The position numbers and the translations under genes are program-made. The notes under the pieces were generated by a model, which made no database searches, had not been told where the DNA came from, and saw only the letters and a list, made by a program, of their open reading frames with translations. DNA of 64,000 nucleotides from Ureibacillus sp. Lineage in GTDB: Bacteria; Bacillota; Bacilli; Bacillales_A; Planococcaceae. Every line of letters starts with the position of its first letter. Positions within the stretch are counted from its first letter, which is position 1. The DNA lies in the NCBI GenBank assembly GCA_035555915.1, contig DATMGC010000151.1, forward strand, positions 386-64,385, written 5' to 3'. Positions 43,015 through 54,445 of this stretch are shown here, piece after piece.

Positions 43015-43833
43015 CTATAACTTCGTTGCAAGCTTATTTAGTTCATTGGAAAGCTCATGAATATCCTTTACAAAGTGGGAAACTTGTTGAATAGATGCAG
43101 ACTGTTCTTGGCCTACAGCGGATATTTGTGCTATAGCTTCTCCCATTTGCTTCGTAACATCTTGTATATGCGATAACGTATCGCGGATTTGTTGTGTGGA
43201 CTGCACAGTTTCTTTAGAGAACTTTCGGATTTCGTTGGCCACAACTTCAAACCCTTTTCCTTTTTCTCCCGCACGTGCAGCTTCTATTGCCGCATTCAAG
43301 CCTAATAGATTTGTTTGATCTGCCACTCGTTTAATTATTGTTAACACTTCGTTCGTTTGTTGTACACTTTTTTCAGCCATTTCAGACTGTTGCAATAACT
43401 GTCCAGCCACGTTCGTTAATGAGCTTGAACTAGTGGCAATACTACTAATTTGATCATCAGCATGTTCAAGGGATTTAAAAATTTGTTCTGAGACCTTTCT
43501 AAGTTCAGTTTGTTTTCTATGTTGTACTGCAATTCCACCGATTACCTTTCCCTCACTATTATGTAATGGCAGCGCCGTTCCTGTGAATTCAAATCCATAA
43601 TACTCTGCTGGTACTTCTGCTTGCAGTCTCTTATTTTCTTTTAATGCTATTATTAATGGTTCACCTGGTTGAAACTTTTGTCCTACTTTAATATTCAAAT
43701 TAATATTGTCCCCTGGAAAGTAGGCAATAAATTTCTCCAAATCACAAACAGCAATCGATAAATCTACTGGAACAGCTACTTTTAAAGCCGGAATTGTTTT
43801 GATAAATTGCTCCAAAGATTCTATTTTATTCAT
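43015..43833 (-). CDS. Soluble methyl-accepting chemotaxis protein (YfmS-like)
   Basis: [32 protein letters not shown] signalling hairpin; no TM segment. Confidence 0.9.
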   Translation of the reverse strand: MNKIESLEQFIKTIPALKVAVPVDLSIAVCDLEKFIAYFPGDNINLNIKVGQKFQPGEPLIIALKENKRLQAEVPAEYYGFEFTGTALPLHNSEGKVIGGIAVQHRKQTELRKVSEQIFKSLEHADDQISSIATSSSSLTNVAGQLLQQSEMAEKSVQQTNEVLTIIKRVADQTNLLGLNAAIEAARAGEKGKGFEVVANEIRKFSKETVQSTQQIRDTLSHIQDVTKQMGEAIAQISAVGQEQSASIQQVSHFVKDIHELSNELNKLATKL

Positions 43834-43956
43834 TAAGGTTAATGCCTCCTAAAATCAATACAAACTTACTACATAATGATAACATTTTATCATTCGATTT
43901 CGTTAAATAAATCTAACCATAGTCCTTTCCTTTTTCTTTTTTCCCAATTAAATAGG

Positions 43957-43999
43957 AAAAAGGATATTGTTCAGAGTTTTGCTCTAACAATATCCTTTT
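43957..43999 (-). terminator. Terminator after lutABC
   Basis: AAAAGGATATTGTT/AACAATATCCTTTT. Confidence 0.8.
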
Positions 44000-44029
44000 C
44001 ATCCTATTGATTATTTTAAGTCTAGTAAC

Positions 44030-44737
44030 CTATTGATCCTCAATGACAATATACGTTGCTTTGACTGGACCATGTACCCCAACAATTAGCACCGATTCAA
44101 TATCAGCAGAGTTACTTGGACCCGACATAAATAAGATACAAGAAGGTATTTTTTCTCCGCTTTCAATTTGTTTATGAATTTGTTGTGCAGCTTGTGTCAT
44201 TCGAGGAACAATTGAACTTTTTGGAACGAGTACGATTACATTTTCAGGTAAAAAGTTCATTGTTCTACCACGGTTTGGATGGCTATAAAGGACCGCTGTT
44301 GCAGATTCAGCTAATGTGATTTCACTAATTGTAATACTAATCTTTGCTTTTTCTGCATGTTTAATATTTTGTATTGGATCCTTTGCATTCCATTCGTGAA
44401 ATTCAATACCGTTATCAGGTAAGGATTGAATCGTCTCTTTTAAACCGAATTTTTCAAATCGCTCATCTTTCCATGCGATGACTGATTTTCCACCAAACCC
44501 ATTAATCACCTGTTGCAGTGTGTCCGCTAGTTTAGAAGTAGTCGTTTGGAAAAATGTTGTATGAATGTTTTCGCACTGTTCCTTTAATACTTCCACAAGT
44601 TCATCTTGAGAAGCATTTTTTAACACTTCAAGTTGAGGTAAGTGTTTCCATGCCGGACGCGTTGCTTTTGTTTTGATAGGGCGACCAAGGCTAGTTGCTA
44701 TATTATTTAAAAATTGATCCCGATTTTGAATTGTCAT
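44030..44737 (-). CDS. lutC: Lactate utilization protein C
   Basis: [15 protein letters not shown]. Confidence 0.93.
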   Translation of the reverse strand: MTIQNRDQFLNNIATSLGRPIKTKATRPAWKHLPQLEVLKNASQDELVEVLKEQCENIHTTFFQTTTSKLADTLQQVINGFGGKSVIAWKDERFEKFGLKETIQSLPDNGIEFHEWNAKDPIQNIKHAEKAKISITISEITLAESATAVLYSHPNRGRTMNFLPENVIVLVPKSSIVPRMTQAAQQIHKQIESGEKIPSCILFMSGPSNSADIESVLIVGVHGPVKATYIVIEDQ

Positions 44738-46161
44738 GATTGATCCCCTTTCTGACGTTGTTTTAGCCAGTTACGGAAACTTTCCTTATTTGGTGCTGGG
44801 AAGTCACGCTCTTCAGTCCATGCTTTTAATGGACCAGGGCCACTTGTAATTTTGTCGTCTTTTACAAAAGGTGACATAACCGGTGAAGCAATTTTAGTTG
44901 CCACATTAAATAAAGGTGAAGTGGATGCACCGAAACCAAATGCTTTCATCAATAAACGTTCTGAAATAGGCGCCTTCCCTTCAATTTCTACAATTTTTTG
45001 ACGATGTTTGTGTAGTAGTTCATGTAATGGGATTTTCACTGGACATGCATCTGTACAAGCACCGCAAAGAGTAGACGCGTATGGCAATTCTTTAAAATCT
45101 TCATAGCCACCAAGTAATGGTGTTAATACAGCACCAATTGGACCGGAATAAATAGAACCGTAACTATGACCACCAACGTGTCGATAAACAGGACAAGCAT
45201 TTACACAAGCCGCGCATCGAATACATTGTAAAACCGATTGGAATTCTGTTCCTAAGATTTTTGAACGACCGTTATCGACGATGACTAAGTGGAATTCTTC
45301 AGGTCCATCTGTTTCATCTTTCTCTTTCACACCTGTTAGCATCGTAATATAACTTGTTATCTTTTGACCAACAGCACTACGAGTTAATAAACTAACTAAT
45401 ACTTCCATTTCCTCAAATGTAGGAACGATACGCTCCATACCCATTACTGCAATCTGCGTTTTCGGTAGAGCAGTTACTAGGTCAGCGTTTCCTTCATTTG
45501 TAACAAGTGTAACAGTACCACTCTCAGCGATAGCGAAGTTACAGCCTGTTATCCCGATATCTGCCGTTAAATATTCTTGACGTAATTTTTCACGTACAAA
45601 TTGGGCCATTTCTTCAGGTTGTTCTGATTTTTCATAACCAAGTTTATTAGCAAAAATTTCGCGTATTTGTTGTCTGTTTTTATGCAGTGGCGGTACGATA
45701 ATATGGGATGGCGGTTCATGATCATTTACTTGTAAAATGTACTCACCAAGATCGGTTTCAATCACTTCACAACCCGCATCTTCTAGCGCAGCATTTAAAT
45801 GGATTTCTTCCGTTACCATAGATTTTGCTTTTACTACTTTTTTAGCTTGTTTTTGAAGTGCGACGTTTTTCACATATTCTGAGGCTTCTTCAGCAGTCTG
45901 TGCGAAAAATACATGACCTCCACGTTTAACAACGTTTTCACTTAATTCATATAAGTAAGCATCTAAATTTTCAAGAACGTGTTGACGAATTTCCTCACCG
46001 TGTGCACGCCATTCTTCCCAGTTTCCTAATTCATCTACTCGTGCTTGTCGACGTGTTTGGAAGCGTTGTTGTGCAGCCGATACGGCCCCTCGCATAAATG
46101 TATCCTGTAAATTATTTTCTACACGTGTTTTAAATTGCTCGTTACTTGTTTTCATTGCCAT
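44734..46161 (-). CDS. lutB: Lactate utilization Fe-S protein B
   Basis: [21 protein letters not shown] ferredoxin motifs. Confidence 0.95.
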   Translation of the reverse strand: MAMKTSNEQFKTRVENNLQDTFMRGAVSAAQQRFQTRRQARVDELGNWEEWRAHGEEIRQHVLENLDAYLYELSENVVKRGGHVFFAQTAEEASEYVKNVALQKQAKKVVKAKSMVTEEIHLNAALEDAGCEVIETDLGEYILQVNDHEPPSHIIVPPLHKNRQQIREIFANKLGYEKSEQPEEMAQFVREKLRQEYLTADIGITGCNFAIAESGTVTLVTNEGNADLVTALPKTQIAVMGMERIVPTFEEMEVLVSLLTRSAVGQKITSYITMLTGVKEKDETDGPEEFHLVIVDNGRSKILGTEFQSVLQCIRCAACVNACPVYRHVGGHSYGSIYSGPIGAVLTPLLGGYEDFKELPYASTLCGACTDACPVKIPLHELLHKHRQKIVEIEGKAPISERLLMKAFGFGASTSPLFNVATKIASPVMSPFVKDDKITSGPGPLKAWTEERDFPAPNKESFRNWLKQRQKGDQS

Positions 46162-46176
46162 AATAAATCCCCCCCT

Positions 46177-46893
46177 CTATCGGCTATTTAACACTTCTGC
46201 AATATGCATGACACGAATTGGTTTTCCCGTACGACCGATGCGACCACCAATATTGATTAGGCAACCAGCATCTGCACCGATTAAAATATCTGCTTCTGTT
46301 TCTTCAACATTACAAACTTTTTCATCGACCATTTGGCCAGAAATATTCCCCATTTTTACAGAAAAAGTTCCGCCAAATCCGCAACAACGCTCTTTACCAG
46401 GTAACTCCACATATTCTAAACCTTCTACATTTTTTAAAAGCTTAATAGGTGCATCTTTTACACCTAGTAAACGAGTCATATGGCAAGAAGTATGATAGGT
46501 AGCTTTTCCTTTTAATCGTGCCCCTACATTCTCTATTTTTAAAACGTTTACAATAAAATCTGTTAATTCATATGTTTTATCCGCTAATTGTTTCGCTTTC
46601 GGTTCCCATTCTGGATCTCCTTTAAAAATATGAGGATACTCTTTAAACATAAAAGCACAAGATCCAGATGGTGTAACTATGTACTCTGCACCCTCGAACG
46701 CTTTAATCATATTTTTCATAGAACCTTTTGATTCTTCAACGTAACCACTATTATAAGCTGGCTGACCACAGCATACTTGAGTTGTTGGGAAATCAATTTC
46801 ACAACCGAGTCCTTCCAAAAGTTCTACAGTTGCTTTCCCAACATTGCCCTGGAACATATCCACTAGGCATGTAGCAAATAGTGTGACTTTCAT
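46177..46893 (-). CDS. lutA: Lactate utilization protein A (CCG domains)
   Basis: [21 protein letters not shown]; start re-assigned to MKVTLF. Confidence 0.95.
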   Translation of the reverse strand: MKVTLFATCLVDMFQGNVGKATVELLEGLGCEIDFPTTQVCCGQPAYNSGYVEESKGSMKNMIKAFEGAEYIVTPSGSCAFMFKEYPHIFKGDPEWEPKAKQLADKTYELTDFIVNVLKIENVGARLKGKATYHTSCHMTRLLGVKDAPIKLLKNVEGLEYVELPGKERCCGFGGTFSVKMGNISGQMVDEKVCNVEETEADILIGADAGCLINIGGRIGRTGKPIRVMHIAEVLNSR

Positions 46894-46928
46894 ATTCTTC
46901 CCCCTCAACGTTACCATTATATTCAACC

Positions 46929-46943
46929 GGTCATCTGATGACT
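46929..46943. promoter_or_regulatory. Putative LutR operator upstream of lutA
   Basis: GGTCATCTGATGACT near-palindrome, repeated upstream of lutP. Confidence 0.75.
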
Positions 46944-47133
46944 AAATGGTAACATGTATTTCTAATTTGTACTATAATTATTTGAAAATTAAATAATTTA
47001 TGCATAAAAAAATATATTAGACCCATCCATCATCAATCGGGGAAATTTATTGAGGAAAATTCCTATATGATAAAACAAAAAAATGCCTTTTGTACTTTGT
47101 ACAAAAGACATCTTTTCAGCTTAGCGATTCTCT

Positions 47134-47862
47134 CTATTGTGTGCCATCAAAATATTGCATAAGAATTTTCTCTACATTACTTAAATGGGAATGCATTGCA
47201 AGTTCAGCAAGTTCAGTATTCTGTTGTTTAATAGCTAAAAAAATTTGCATATGTTCATCATAAAGCTGTTCAATCGTTGTTTGCTTTGAAAATAACCAGA
47301 TTTTTCGTGTTTCGCGCATTAAATCAATCGTAAGACCAGACACTTGATCCAGTAAATTAGGTAGGAGTGGATTATGAGAAGCATCAGCAATCGCCATATG
47401 AAATTCAAAATCTACCTTTTCCCCAAGTTCACCGTCACCTTGAACCGTCTTCATTTTTTCAAGTATTGTTTTTAAACGCTCAATATCTTCGTTAGTACGA
47501 CTTCTTGCAGCACTAACAGCAGTACCTACTTCAATAATTTTTCGTAATTCTAATAAATGAGGAACATTTTCCTTATGTGCAAGAATTGAAGTAGAAAGAG
47601 GAAAATCTAATTTATTTTCTGGAAATTGCTTCACGAATGTACCTGAGCCTTGCTTGATTTCAATTAGCCCCATTGCCTTTAGTGCCGCTAATGCTTCTCG
47701 TACAGCAGATCTACTTACTTGTAGTTTCTCTGCTAAAAGGTCTACAGAATCTAAACGATCCCCTGGATTTAATTCCCCACTTCGGATTTTTTCATGAAGT
47801 ATTTCACAAACTTCTTCATAAATTTTTTTCGTTTTTATTTTTGCGAATTTCAAACTGCACAC
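47134..47862 (-). CDS. lutR: FadR/GntR-family lactate regulator
   Basis: IKTKKIYEEV, VSRSAVREAL, FCD domain; between lutA and lutP (start may be TTG 47853). Confidence 0.88.
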   Translation of the reverse strand: MCSLKFAKIKTKKIYEEVCEILHEKIRSGELNPGDRLDSVDLLAEKLQVSRSAVREALAALKAMGLIEIKQGSGTFVKQFPENKLDFPLSTSILAHKENVPHLLELRKIIEVGTAVSAARSRTNEDIERLKTILEKMKTVQGDGELGEKVDFEFHMAIADASHNPLLPNLLDQVSGLTIDLMRETRKIWLFSKQTTIEQLYDEHMQIFLAIKQQNTELAELAMHSHLSNVEKILMQYFDGTQ

Positions 47863-47980
47863 CTCTTTTTGTTATGTGAAATACACGAAATTTTTAAGTT
47901 TATTATACATGAAGCGTAAATAAAAATCTTTCTCAATTACAACAAGTTTAGAATATTTGAACATAACAAACAAAAATACA

Positions 47981-48034
47981 TTGAATTTTTAAAAAATTCT
48001 ATTTATAATCTACGTCATGAGGTCATCTGATGAT
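47981..48034 (+). promoter_or_regulatory. lutP promoter and second LutR operator
   Basis: TTGAAT-17-TATAAT (47981-48009) followed by GGTCATCTGATGA (48021-48033). Confidence 0.7.
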
Positions 48035-48073
48035 TTGAGGGGAAAGTAACAATAACCGAAATGGGGGAACCGA

Positions 48074-49744
48074 ATGACATTTACACAAAACTTTACAGCT
48101 GTTGCCGACAGTTTAGGATGGACAGCACTAGTTGCCACAGTACCGATATTATATTTTTTCTGGGCATTAGCAATAAAAAAGATGAAAGGTTATCTAGCCG
48201 GACTTACTACATTAATTTTAGCACTATTAGTAGCAATCATTGCATTTAAAGTCCCTGTTGTAACAGCATTAGCATCTGCTTCACAAGGTGCTGTTTACGG
48301 TATTATTCCAATCGGTTGGATTATTATTACTTCAGTATTTTTATATAACTTAACGGTAAAGACAGGACATTTTGAAGTTATCCGTTCTTCAGTACTTTCG
48401 ATTACTGAGGATAGACGACTTCAAGCATTATTAATAGCGTTTTCATTTGGTGCTTTTTTAGAAGGTGCAGCCGGATTTGGAGCACCTGTAGCTATCTCAG
48501 CCGCACTACTTGTAGGGTTAGGGTTTAAACCGTTACAAGCTGCTGGACTTTGTTTAATAGCCAATACAGCCCCTGTAGCATTTGGAGCAATCGGTGTTCC
48601 CGTTACTGTAATGGAAGGGATAACTGGTATTCCAGCAATGGAAGTATCAAAAATGATTGGTCGCCAGTTACCGATCATTGCAGTATTTATTCCTTTAGTT
48701 TTAGTAGTCATAATGGTTGGCTTTAAAAAGGCATTAGAAGTACTACCCGCCATTTTAGTATCCGGCTTTTCTTTTGCCATTACACAATATTTAAGCTCAA
48801 ACTTTTTAGGACCAGAGCTACCTGATATTTTATCATCATTAGTTTCATTAATTGCATTAGCAATCTTCCTACAATTTTGGAAACCAAAAACGATTTATCG
48901 TTTTAATGATGATAGCGCTATCAATGAGGATTCAAAAAAGCATTACTCTGGCGCTCAAATTTTAACAGCATGGTCTCCTTTTATCGTACTAACAGTCTTT
49001 ATTTCTGCTTGGGGAATACCAACAATTAAAAAAGCATTAGTTGGTACATACGATGGCGGAAATGCCCTATTAAAAATTATTAACTCAATTGGAAACGCTT
49101 TAACGTTCTATCCTGAAGTTCCGTTTTTACATAATGTTGTAATTGATGGCGCAACAGGTAATGAAATTGCTGCGGTTTATAAGTTAGAGCTATTAGGAGC
49201 TGCTGGTACAGCTATTTTATTTGCGGCTATTATTTCAAAATTCTTATTAAAAATTTCATGGAGTAAATGGCTAAAAACATTTGTAGAAACATTAAATGAA
49301 ATTAAATTCCCGCTACTTACAATTTGCTGTGTAGTAGGATACGCGTATGTCGCAAATACAGCTGGTATGATGGCAACTTTAGGATTAGTATTAGCGAAAA
49401 CGGGCACATTGTTCCCATTCTTCTCCCCAATCTTAGGTTGGATAGGTGTAGTTGTTACGGGATCCGATACTTCATCAAACGTATTATTTGCGAAGTTACA
49501 ACAAGTAACGGCAGGATCAGTAGGAATGGATCCTGTATTAGCTTTAGCAGCAAACACAGGCGGTGGTGTTACAGGGAAAATGATTTCTCCTCAAACATTG
49601 GCAGTAGCTGCTGCAGCTGTAGGACTAGCAGGAAAAGAATCAGAGTTATTAAAATTTGCATTTAAATATAGTTTAATCTTACTGTTAGCAATTTGTATCT
49701 TAACAATTTTACAAAGTACCGTATTAACTTGGATGATTCCGTAA
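48074..49744 (+). CDS. lutP: L-lactate permease
   Basis: FLEGAAGFGAPVAI, ANTAPVAFGAIG, GSDTSSN, GKMISPQ. Confidence 0.94.
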   Translation: MTFTQNFTAVADSLGWTALVATVPILYFFWALAIKKMKGYLAGLTTLILALLVAIIAFKVPVVTALASASQGAVYGIIPIGWIIITSVFLYNLTVKTGHFEVIRSSVLSITEDRRLQALLIAFSFGAFLEGAAGFGAPVAISAALLVGLGFKPLQAAGLCLIANTAPVAFGAIGVPVTVMEGITGIPAMEVSKMIGRQLPIIAVFIPLVLVVIMVGFKKALEVLPAILVSGFSFAITQYLSSNFLGPELPDILSSLVSLIALAIFLQFWKPKTIYRFNDDSAINEDSKKHYSGAQILTAWSPFIVLTVFISAWGIPTIKKALVGTYDGGNALLKIINSIGNALTFYPEVPFLHNVVIDGATGNEIAAVYKLELLGAAGTAILFAAIISKFLLKISWSKWLKTFVETLNEIKFPLLTICCVVGYAYVANTAGMMATLGLVLAKTGTLFPFFSPILGWIGVVVTGSDTSSNVLFAKLQQVTAGSVGMDPVLALAANTGGGVTGKMISPQTLAVAAAAVGLAGKESELLKFAFKYSLILLLAICILTILQSTVLTWMIP

Positions 49745-49813
49745 TTTTTTAGCAGTATGGTCAAGCAGATCATACTGCTTTCAACTTATTAGAACGATTA
49801 TGGAGGGAAATAT

Positions 49814-52800
49814 ATGAAAAATATTGAGAAGATTTTAGTAGCAAATCGAGGAGAAATTGCGATTCGAATTTTCCGCGCTTGTAATGAGTTAAAAATAAAA
49901 ACGGTTGCTATTTATTCTCATGAAGATAGCGGCGCCATTCACCGTTTCAAAGCAGATGAAGCCTATTTAGTAGGCGAAGGTAAAAAGCCAATTGATGCTT
50001 ATTTAGATATCGAAGGCATTATAGCCATTGCTAAAGATGCGAATGTAGATGCCATTCACCCAGGTTATGGTTTCTTATCTGAAAATGTGGCGTTTGCACG
50101 TCGTTGCGAAGAAGAAGGGATTATTTTTATCGGTCCAAAATCTAAGCATTTAGATATGTTTGGTGACAAGGTCAAAGCCCGTGAGCAGGCAATTGCAGCT
50201 GGAATTCCCGTAATTCCGGGAACGGATGGTCCAGTAAACAACTTAGCAGAAGTTGAAGCATTTGCACATGAATTCGGCTACCCAGTCATGATTAAAGCTG
50301 CACTAGGTGGAGGCGGACGTGGGATGCGACTAGTTAAAGATTCTACTGAATTGGCTTCAGCATATGAGCGTGCTAAATCAGAGGCAAAAGCAGCATTTGG
50401 TTCAGACGAAATCTATGTAGAAAAAGCCATCGTTAATCCAAAGCATATTGAAGTGCAAATTTTAGGTGATGAAACTGGGAATGTGGTGCATTTATATGAA
50501 CGTGATTGCTCCATTCAACGCCGTCATCAAAAGGTCGTAGAAATTGCACCTTCGATTTCAATCTCTTCAGATTTACGCCATCGTATTTGTGATGCTGCCG
50601 TACAATTGATGAACAATGTGCAGTATGTAAATGCTGGTACGGTCGAGTTTTTAGTGACTGGCGATGAATTTTACTTTATCGAAGTGAATCCTCGTATCCA
50701 AGTAGAGCACACGATTACAGAAATGATCACAGGGATTGATATCGTTCATACACAAATTAAGATTGCAGAAGGTCATGCACTACATAACGAAAAAATCGGT
50801 ATGCCACAACAACAAAATATACCATTATTCGGTTATGCCATTCAATCACGTATTACAACGGAAGATCCAAAAAACAATTTCATGCCAGATACAGGTAAAA
50901 TTATGGTTTATCGTTCATCAGGTGGCTTTGGTGTACGCCTTGATGCAGGAAACGGATTCCAAGGAGCTGTTGTAACACCCCATTATGATTCACTTCTTGT
51001 TAAGCTTTCCACATGGGGAATGACTTTTGAAGAAGCTGCACAAAAAATGGATCGTAATTTACGTGAATTCCGTATCCGTGGGGTAAAAACAAATATCCCG
51101 TTTTTAGAAAACGTTGTGCTACATGAGAAATTTATTACAGGCACATTTGATACAAGCTTTATTGATTCAACACCTGAGCTCTTTGAATTTAAAGAACAAA
51201 AAGACCGTGCAACAAAGCTACTAAACTATATTGGAAATGTAACATTAAACGGTTTCCCTGGCGTAGAAAAACGCACAAAGCCAATTTTCGTCAAACCGAA
51301 TAGTCCATTACAAGCAGGGACTGCTTTTTCTGGTACGAAGCAAATCCTAGATGAGCGAGGTGCAGATGGTTTAGTAAATTGGATCAAAGCACAAAACGAT
51401 GTATTACTGACAGATACAACGTTTCGTGATGCGCACCAATCCTTATTAGCGACGCGTGTTCGTTCAAAAGATATGTTTGAAATTGCCGATGCAACAAGTA
51501 AATTAATGCATAACTTCTTCTCACTTGAAATGTGGGGTGGCGCAACATTTGACGTAGCATATCGTTTCTTAAAAGAAGATCCATGGGAGCGTTTAGAAAA
51601 ATTACGTAAACAAATCCCGAATGTTTTATTCCAAATGCTATTTAGAGGTAGTAATGCAATCGGTTATTCTAATTACCCTGATAATTTAATACGTGAATTT
51701 ATTAAACAAGCTTCACAATCAGGCATTGACGTATTCCGTATATTCGATTCATTAAACTGGGTAAAAGCAATGGAAGTTGCAATCGACGAAGTACGTGCAA
51801 ATGGTAAAGTGGCAGAAGCTGCGATTTGTTATTCTGGTGATATATTAGATAATCGTCGTGCTAAGTATACGGTGCAATATTATAAGGAGATGGCGAAACA
51901 GCTTGAACAAGCTGGAGCTCATATTTTAGCGATTAAAGATATGGCTGGTCTCTTAAAACCAAATGCTGCCTACCGTTTAATTTCGGAATTAAAAGATACA
52001 ACTGACTTACCTATTCATCTTCATACACATGATACGAGTGGAAACGGTATTTTTGTTTATGCAAAAGCAATTGAAGCAGGTGTCGATATTATTGATACAG
52101 CGTTAGGTTCAATGTCTGGTTTAACTTCACAACCTAGCGCAAGTTCATTATATTATGCATTAAGTGGCGAAGAACGTATTTTACGTGCAGATATCGATTC
52201 ACTTGAAAAGCTATCCTATTATTGGGGAGATGTACGTAAATATTATGTTGACTTTGAGAGTGGCATGAATGCACCTCATTCTGAAGTGTATGTACATGAA
52301 ATGCCAGGAGGTCAATATAGTAACTTACAACAACAAGCGAAAGCTGTTGGATTAGGTGATCGTTGGGAACAAGTAAAAAACATGTATTCCCGCGTAAATT
52401 TAATGTTTGGTGATATTGTTAAAGTAACACCATCATCTAAAGTTGTAGGAGACATGGCATTGTTTATGGTGCAAAACGATTTGGATGAAGAAAACATTTA
52501 CGAACGTGGCCAAACACTTGATTTTCCAGATTCTGTTATCGAATTCTTCCAAGGGTATTTAGGACAACCACACGGCGGCTTCCCAGAGAAGTTACAGAAA
52601 GTTATTCTAAAAGACCGAGAAGCCATTACAGTGCGACCAGGTGAATTATTAGAACCTGTGAATTTTGAACAACTTGCGCAGGAGCTCGAAGAAAAAATTG
52701 GACATACACCATCGCATAAAGAAGTGCTAGCATATGCACTTTATCCAAAAGTCTTTGAAGAATATTCAAAAACTCATTCGCAGTTTGGAGATATTTCGGT

Positions 52801-53245
52801 TTTAGATACACCAACATTCCTTTACGGTTTACGTTTAGGCGAAGAAATTGAAGTTGAGATTGAAAAAGGAAAAACGTTAATCATTAAACTGGTATCAATA
52901 GGTGAGCCACAGCACGATGGTACACGTGTGCTCTACTTTGAAATTAATGGTCAAAAGCGTGAAATTGTTGTACAAGATATGACGGTAGAAGTAACGGGCA
53001 ATAAGGCGGCAAAAGCAGATCCTTCTAACCCAAATCAAATTGGTGCTACAATGCCAGGTACCGTTTTAAAAGTAGCCGTTTCAAAAGGTAGTCCTGTGAA
53101 GCGCGGTGACCATTTACTCATAACAGAAGCGATGAAAATGGAAACGACAGTACAAGCACCGAAAGATGGCATTGTGAAAGACATTTATGTTGTAGCAGGT
53201 GATGCAATTTCTACAGGTGACTTATTAATTGAACTTGATTCCTAA
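49814..53245 (+). CDS. pyc: Pyruvate carboxylase
   Basis: LVANRGEIA, RDAHQSL, biotin motif EAMKME; 1143 aa. Confidence 0.97.
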   Translation: MKNIEKILVANRGEIAIRIFRACNELKIKTVAIYSHEDSGAIHRFKADEAYLVGEGKKPIDAYLDIEGIIAIAKDANVDAIHPGYGFLSENVAFARRCEEEGIIFIGPKSKHLDMFGDKVKAREQAIAAGIPVIPGTDGPVNNLAEVEAFAHEFGYPVMIKAALGGGGRGMRLVKDSTELASAYERAKSEAKAAFGSDEIYVEKAIVNPKHIEVQILGDETGNVVHLYERDCSIQRRHQKVVEIAPSISISSDLRHRICDAAVQLMNNVQYVNAGTVEFLVTGDEFYFIEVNPRIQVEHTITEMITGIDIVHTQIKIAEGHALHNEKIGMPQQQNIPLFGYAIQSRITTEDPKNNFMPDTGKIMVYRSSGGFGVRLDAGNGFQGAVVTPHYDSLLVKLSTWGMTFEEAAQKMDRNLREFRIRGVKTNIPFLENVVLHEKFITGTFDTSFIDSTPELFEFKEQKDRATKLLNYIGNVTLNGFPGVEKRTKPIFVKPNSPLQAGTAFSGTKQILDERGADGLVNWIKAQNDVLLTDTTFRDAHQSLLATRVRSKDMFEIADATSKLMHNFFSLEMWGGATFDVAYRFLKEDPWERLEKLRKQIPNVLFQMLFRGSNAIGYSNYPDNLIREFIKQASQSGIDVFRIFDSLNWVKAMEVAIDEVRANGKVAEAAICYSGDILDNRRAKYTVQYYKEMAKQLEQAGAHILAIKDMAGLLKPNAAYRLISELKDTTDLPIHLHTHDTSGNGIFVYAKAIEAGVDIIDTALGSMSGLTSQPSASSLYYALSGEERILRADIDSLEKLSYYWGDVRKYYVDFESGMNAPHSEVYVHEMPGGQYSNLQQQAKAVGLGDRWEQVKNMYSRVNLMFGDIVKVTPSSKVVGDMALFMVQNDLDEENIYERGQTLDFPDSVIEFFQGYLGQPHGGFPEKLQKVILKDREAITVRPGELLEPVNFEQLAQELEEKIGHTPSHKEVLAYALYPKVFEEYSKTHSQFGDISVLDTPTFLYGLRLGEEIEVEIEKGKTLIIKLVSIGEPQHDGTRVLYFEINGQKREIVVQDMTVEVTGNKAAKADPSNPNQIGATMPGTVLKVAVSKGSPVKRGDHLLITEAMKMETTVQAPKDGIVKDIYVVAGDAISTGDLLIELDS

Positions 53246-53249
53246 TATG

Positions 53250-53294
53250 AAAGGCAGCTTTGTAAGGTATCTGCTTACGTAGCTGCCCTTTTTT
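53250..53294 (+). terminator. Terminator after pyc
   Basis: GGCAGCT..AGCTGCC + T-run. Confidence 0.75.
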
Positions 53295-53365
53295 ATCTAG
53301 TTACTCTATTAAAGCTATACTAAATATGAAATCGTAGAGTTTGAATAAACTATCTATTACTTTTT

Positions 53366-54265
53366 CTAATGTAATTTAGTAGCTGTTTTCATTCGTCTTT
53401 TCGAAAAGGTTGCTAACTTCAATTCGCTAATAAATGTAGCACCTAATAACAATGCCCCACCAATCATTTGACCTATTGTCATTGGTTCATGCAGGATGAT
53501 GGCAGAAATTAAAATCGCTACAAATGGATCTACATAGCTAAGCATCGCTATACTCTGTCCTTTTAAGTTTTCCATACCTGAAAAGAATAAGAAAAAGCCT
53601 ACCCCTGTATTAACAATCCCTAAAATTAATATAAAGGGAATCGAAGAACTGGATAAATCAAAAATGCCAAAGCCAGAGGTCAAGAAAACATATGGCGCCA
53701 ATACTAAAGCAGTTGTGCCTAGTTGAATGATGGTCTGCTCTAATTTTTCCATCCCTTTAATAAACTTATTTAATAGTAATAACGCAGCGTAAAATGCAGC
53801 TGCAATTAATCCGAAAGATAGACCAAGTACATCTTCTGAATTGGATGCAGTTACACCCTCCCCTACAATCATTACCATCCCTATAATTGCTACGACAATA
53901 CACACAATTTTTTTCATAAATAATTGTTCACGAAGTACAATGGGCGAAAGTATCATTACAAATACGGGTGCAAAGTAATACCCCAACGTTGCATTGGCAA
54001 GTGTCGTATGGTCATAGGATTGATAAAGGAAAATCCAATTTAGTCCTAGCGCTATACCACTAAAAATTAAAAATATCGCATTGGATTTAACTAAATTCCA
54101 TGCTATTTTTTTCTTCATCATGATGAAGATTAGTAGTAAAAATAAACAACCGAGAAAACTGCTTAGTAGAGCTCTTTCACTTGCCGATAAATCAATATAT
54201 TGAACTACTAAACCAATGGTACCGAAAATTATCATGGATAAGATAAATTGGATTTTAGATTTCAT
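53366..54265 (-). CDS. DMT/EamA family transporter
   Basis: ~10 TM segments, two EamA repeats. Confidence 0.88.
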   Translation of the reverse strand: MKSKIQFILSMIIFGTIGLVVQYIDLSASERALLSSFLGCLFLLLIFIMMKKKIAWNLVKSNAIFLIFSGIALGLNWIFLYQSYDHTTLANATLGYYFAPVFVMILSPIVLREQLFMKKIVCIVVAIIGMVMIVGEGVTASNSEDVLGLSFGLIAAAFYAALLLLNKFIKGMEKLEQTIIQLGTTALVLAPYVFLTSGFGIFDLSSSSIPFILILGIVNTGVGFFLFFSGMENLKGQSIAMLSYVDPFVAILISAIILHEPMTIGQMIGGALLLGATFISELKLATFSKRRMKTATKLH

Positions 54266-54445
54266 GTTCTACTCCCCCTAAATCTGCAAAAAACCGTTAT
54301 TAAAGTAATTATGGAAAGTAAATTCCATAATGCCCCATGTATCTTGCGTTTCTAATGGCAATAGAATAGCATATTTATATGTATTACAAAATCGAATGTT
54401 TCTCATGTGCTACATAACAAAATTGCATACTAAGGAGCTAACTTT

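Noticed and set aside
43875-43895. ATGATAA-CATT-TTATCAT palindrome upstream of the MCP as a Fur box
   Set aside because: The spacing is one base longer than the 7-1-7 Fur consensus; it may be an operator but cannot be assigned.
49324-49665. 113-aa same-strand alternate-frame ORF inside lutP
   Set aside because: No RBS, and the Cys/Arg-rich composition is typical of an off-frame reading of a hydrophobic gene.
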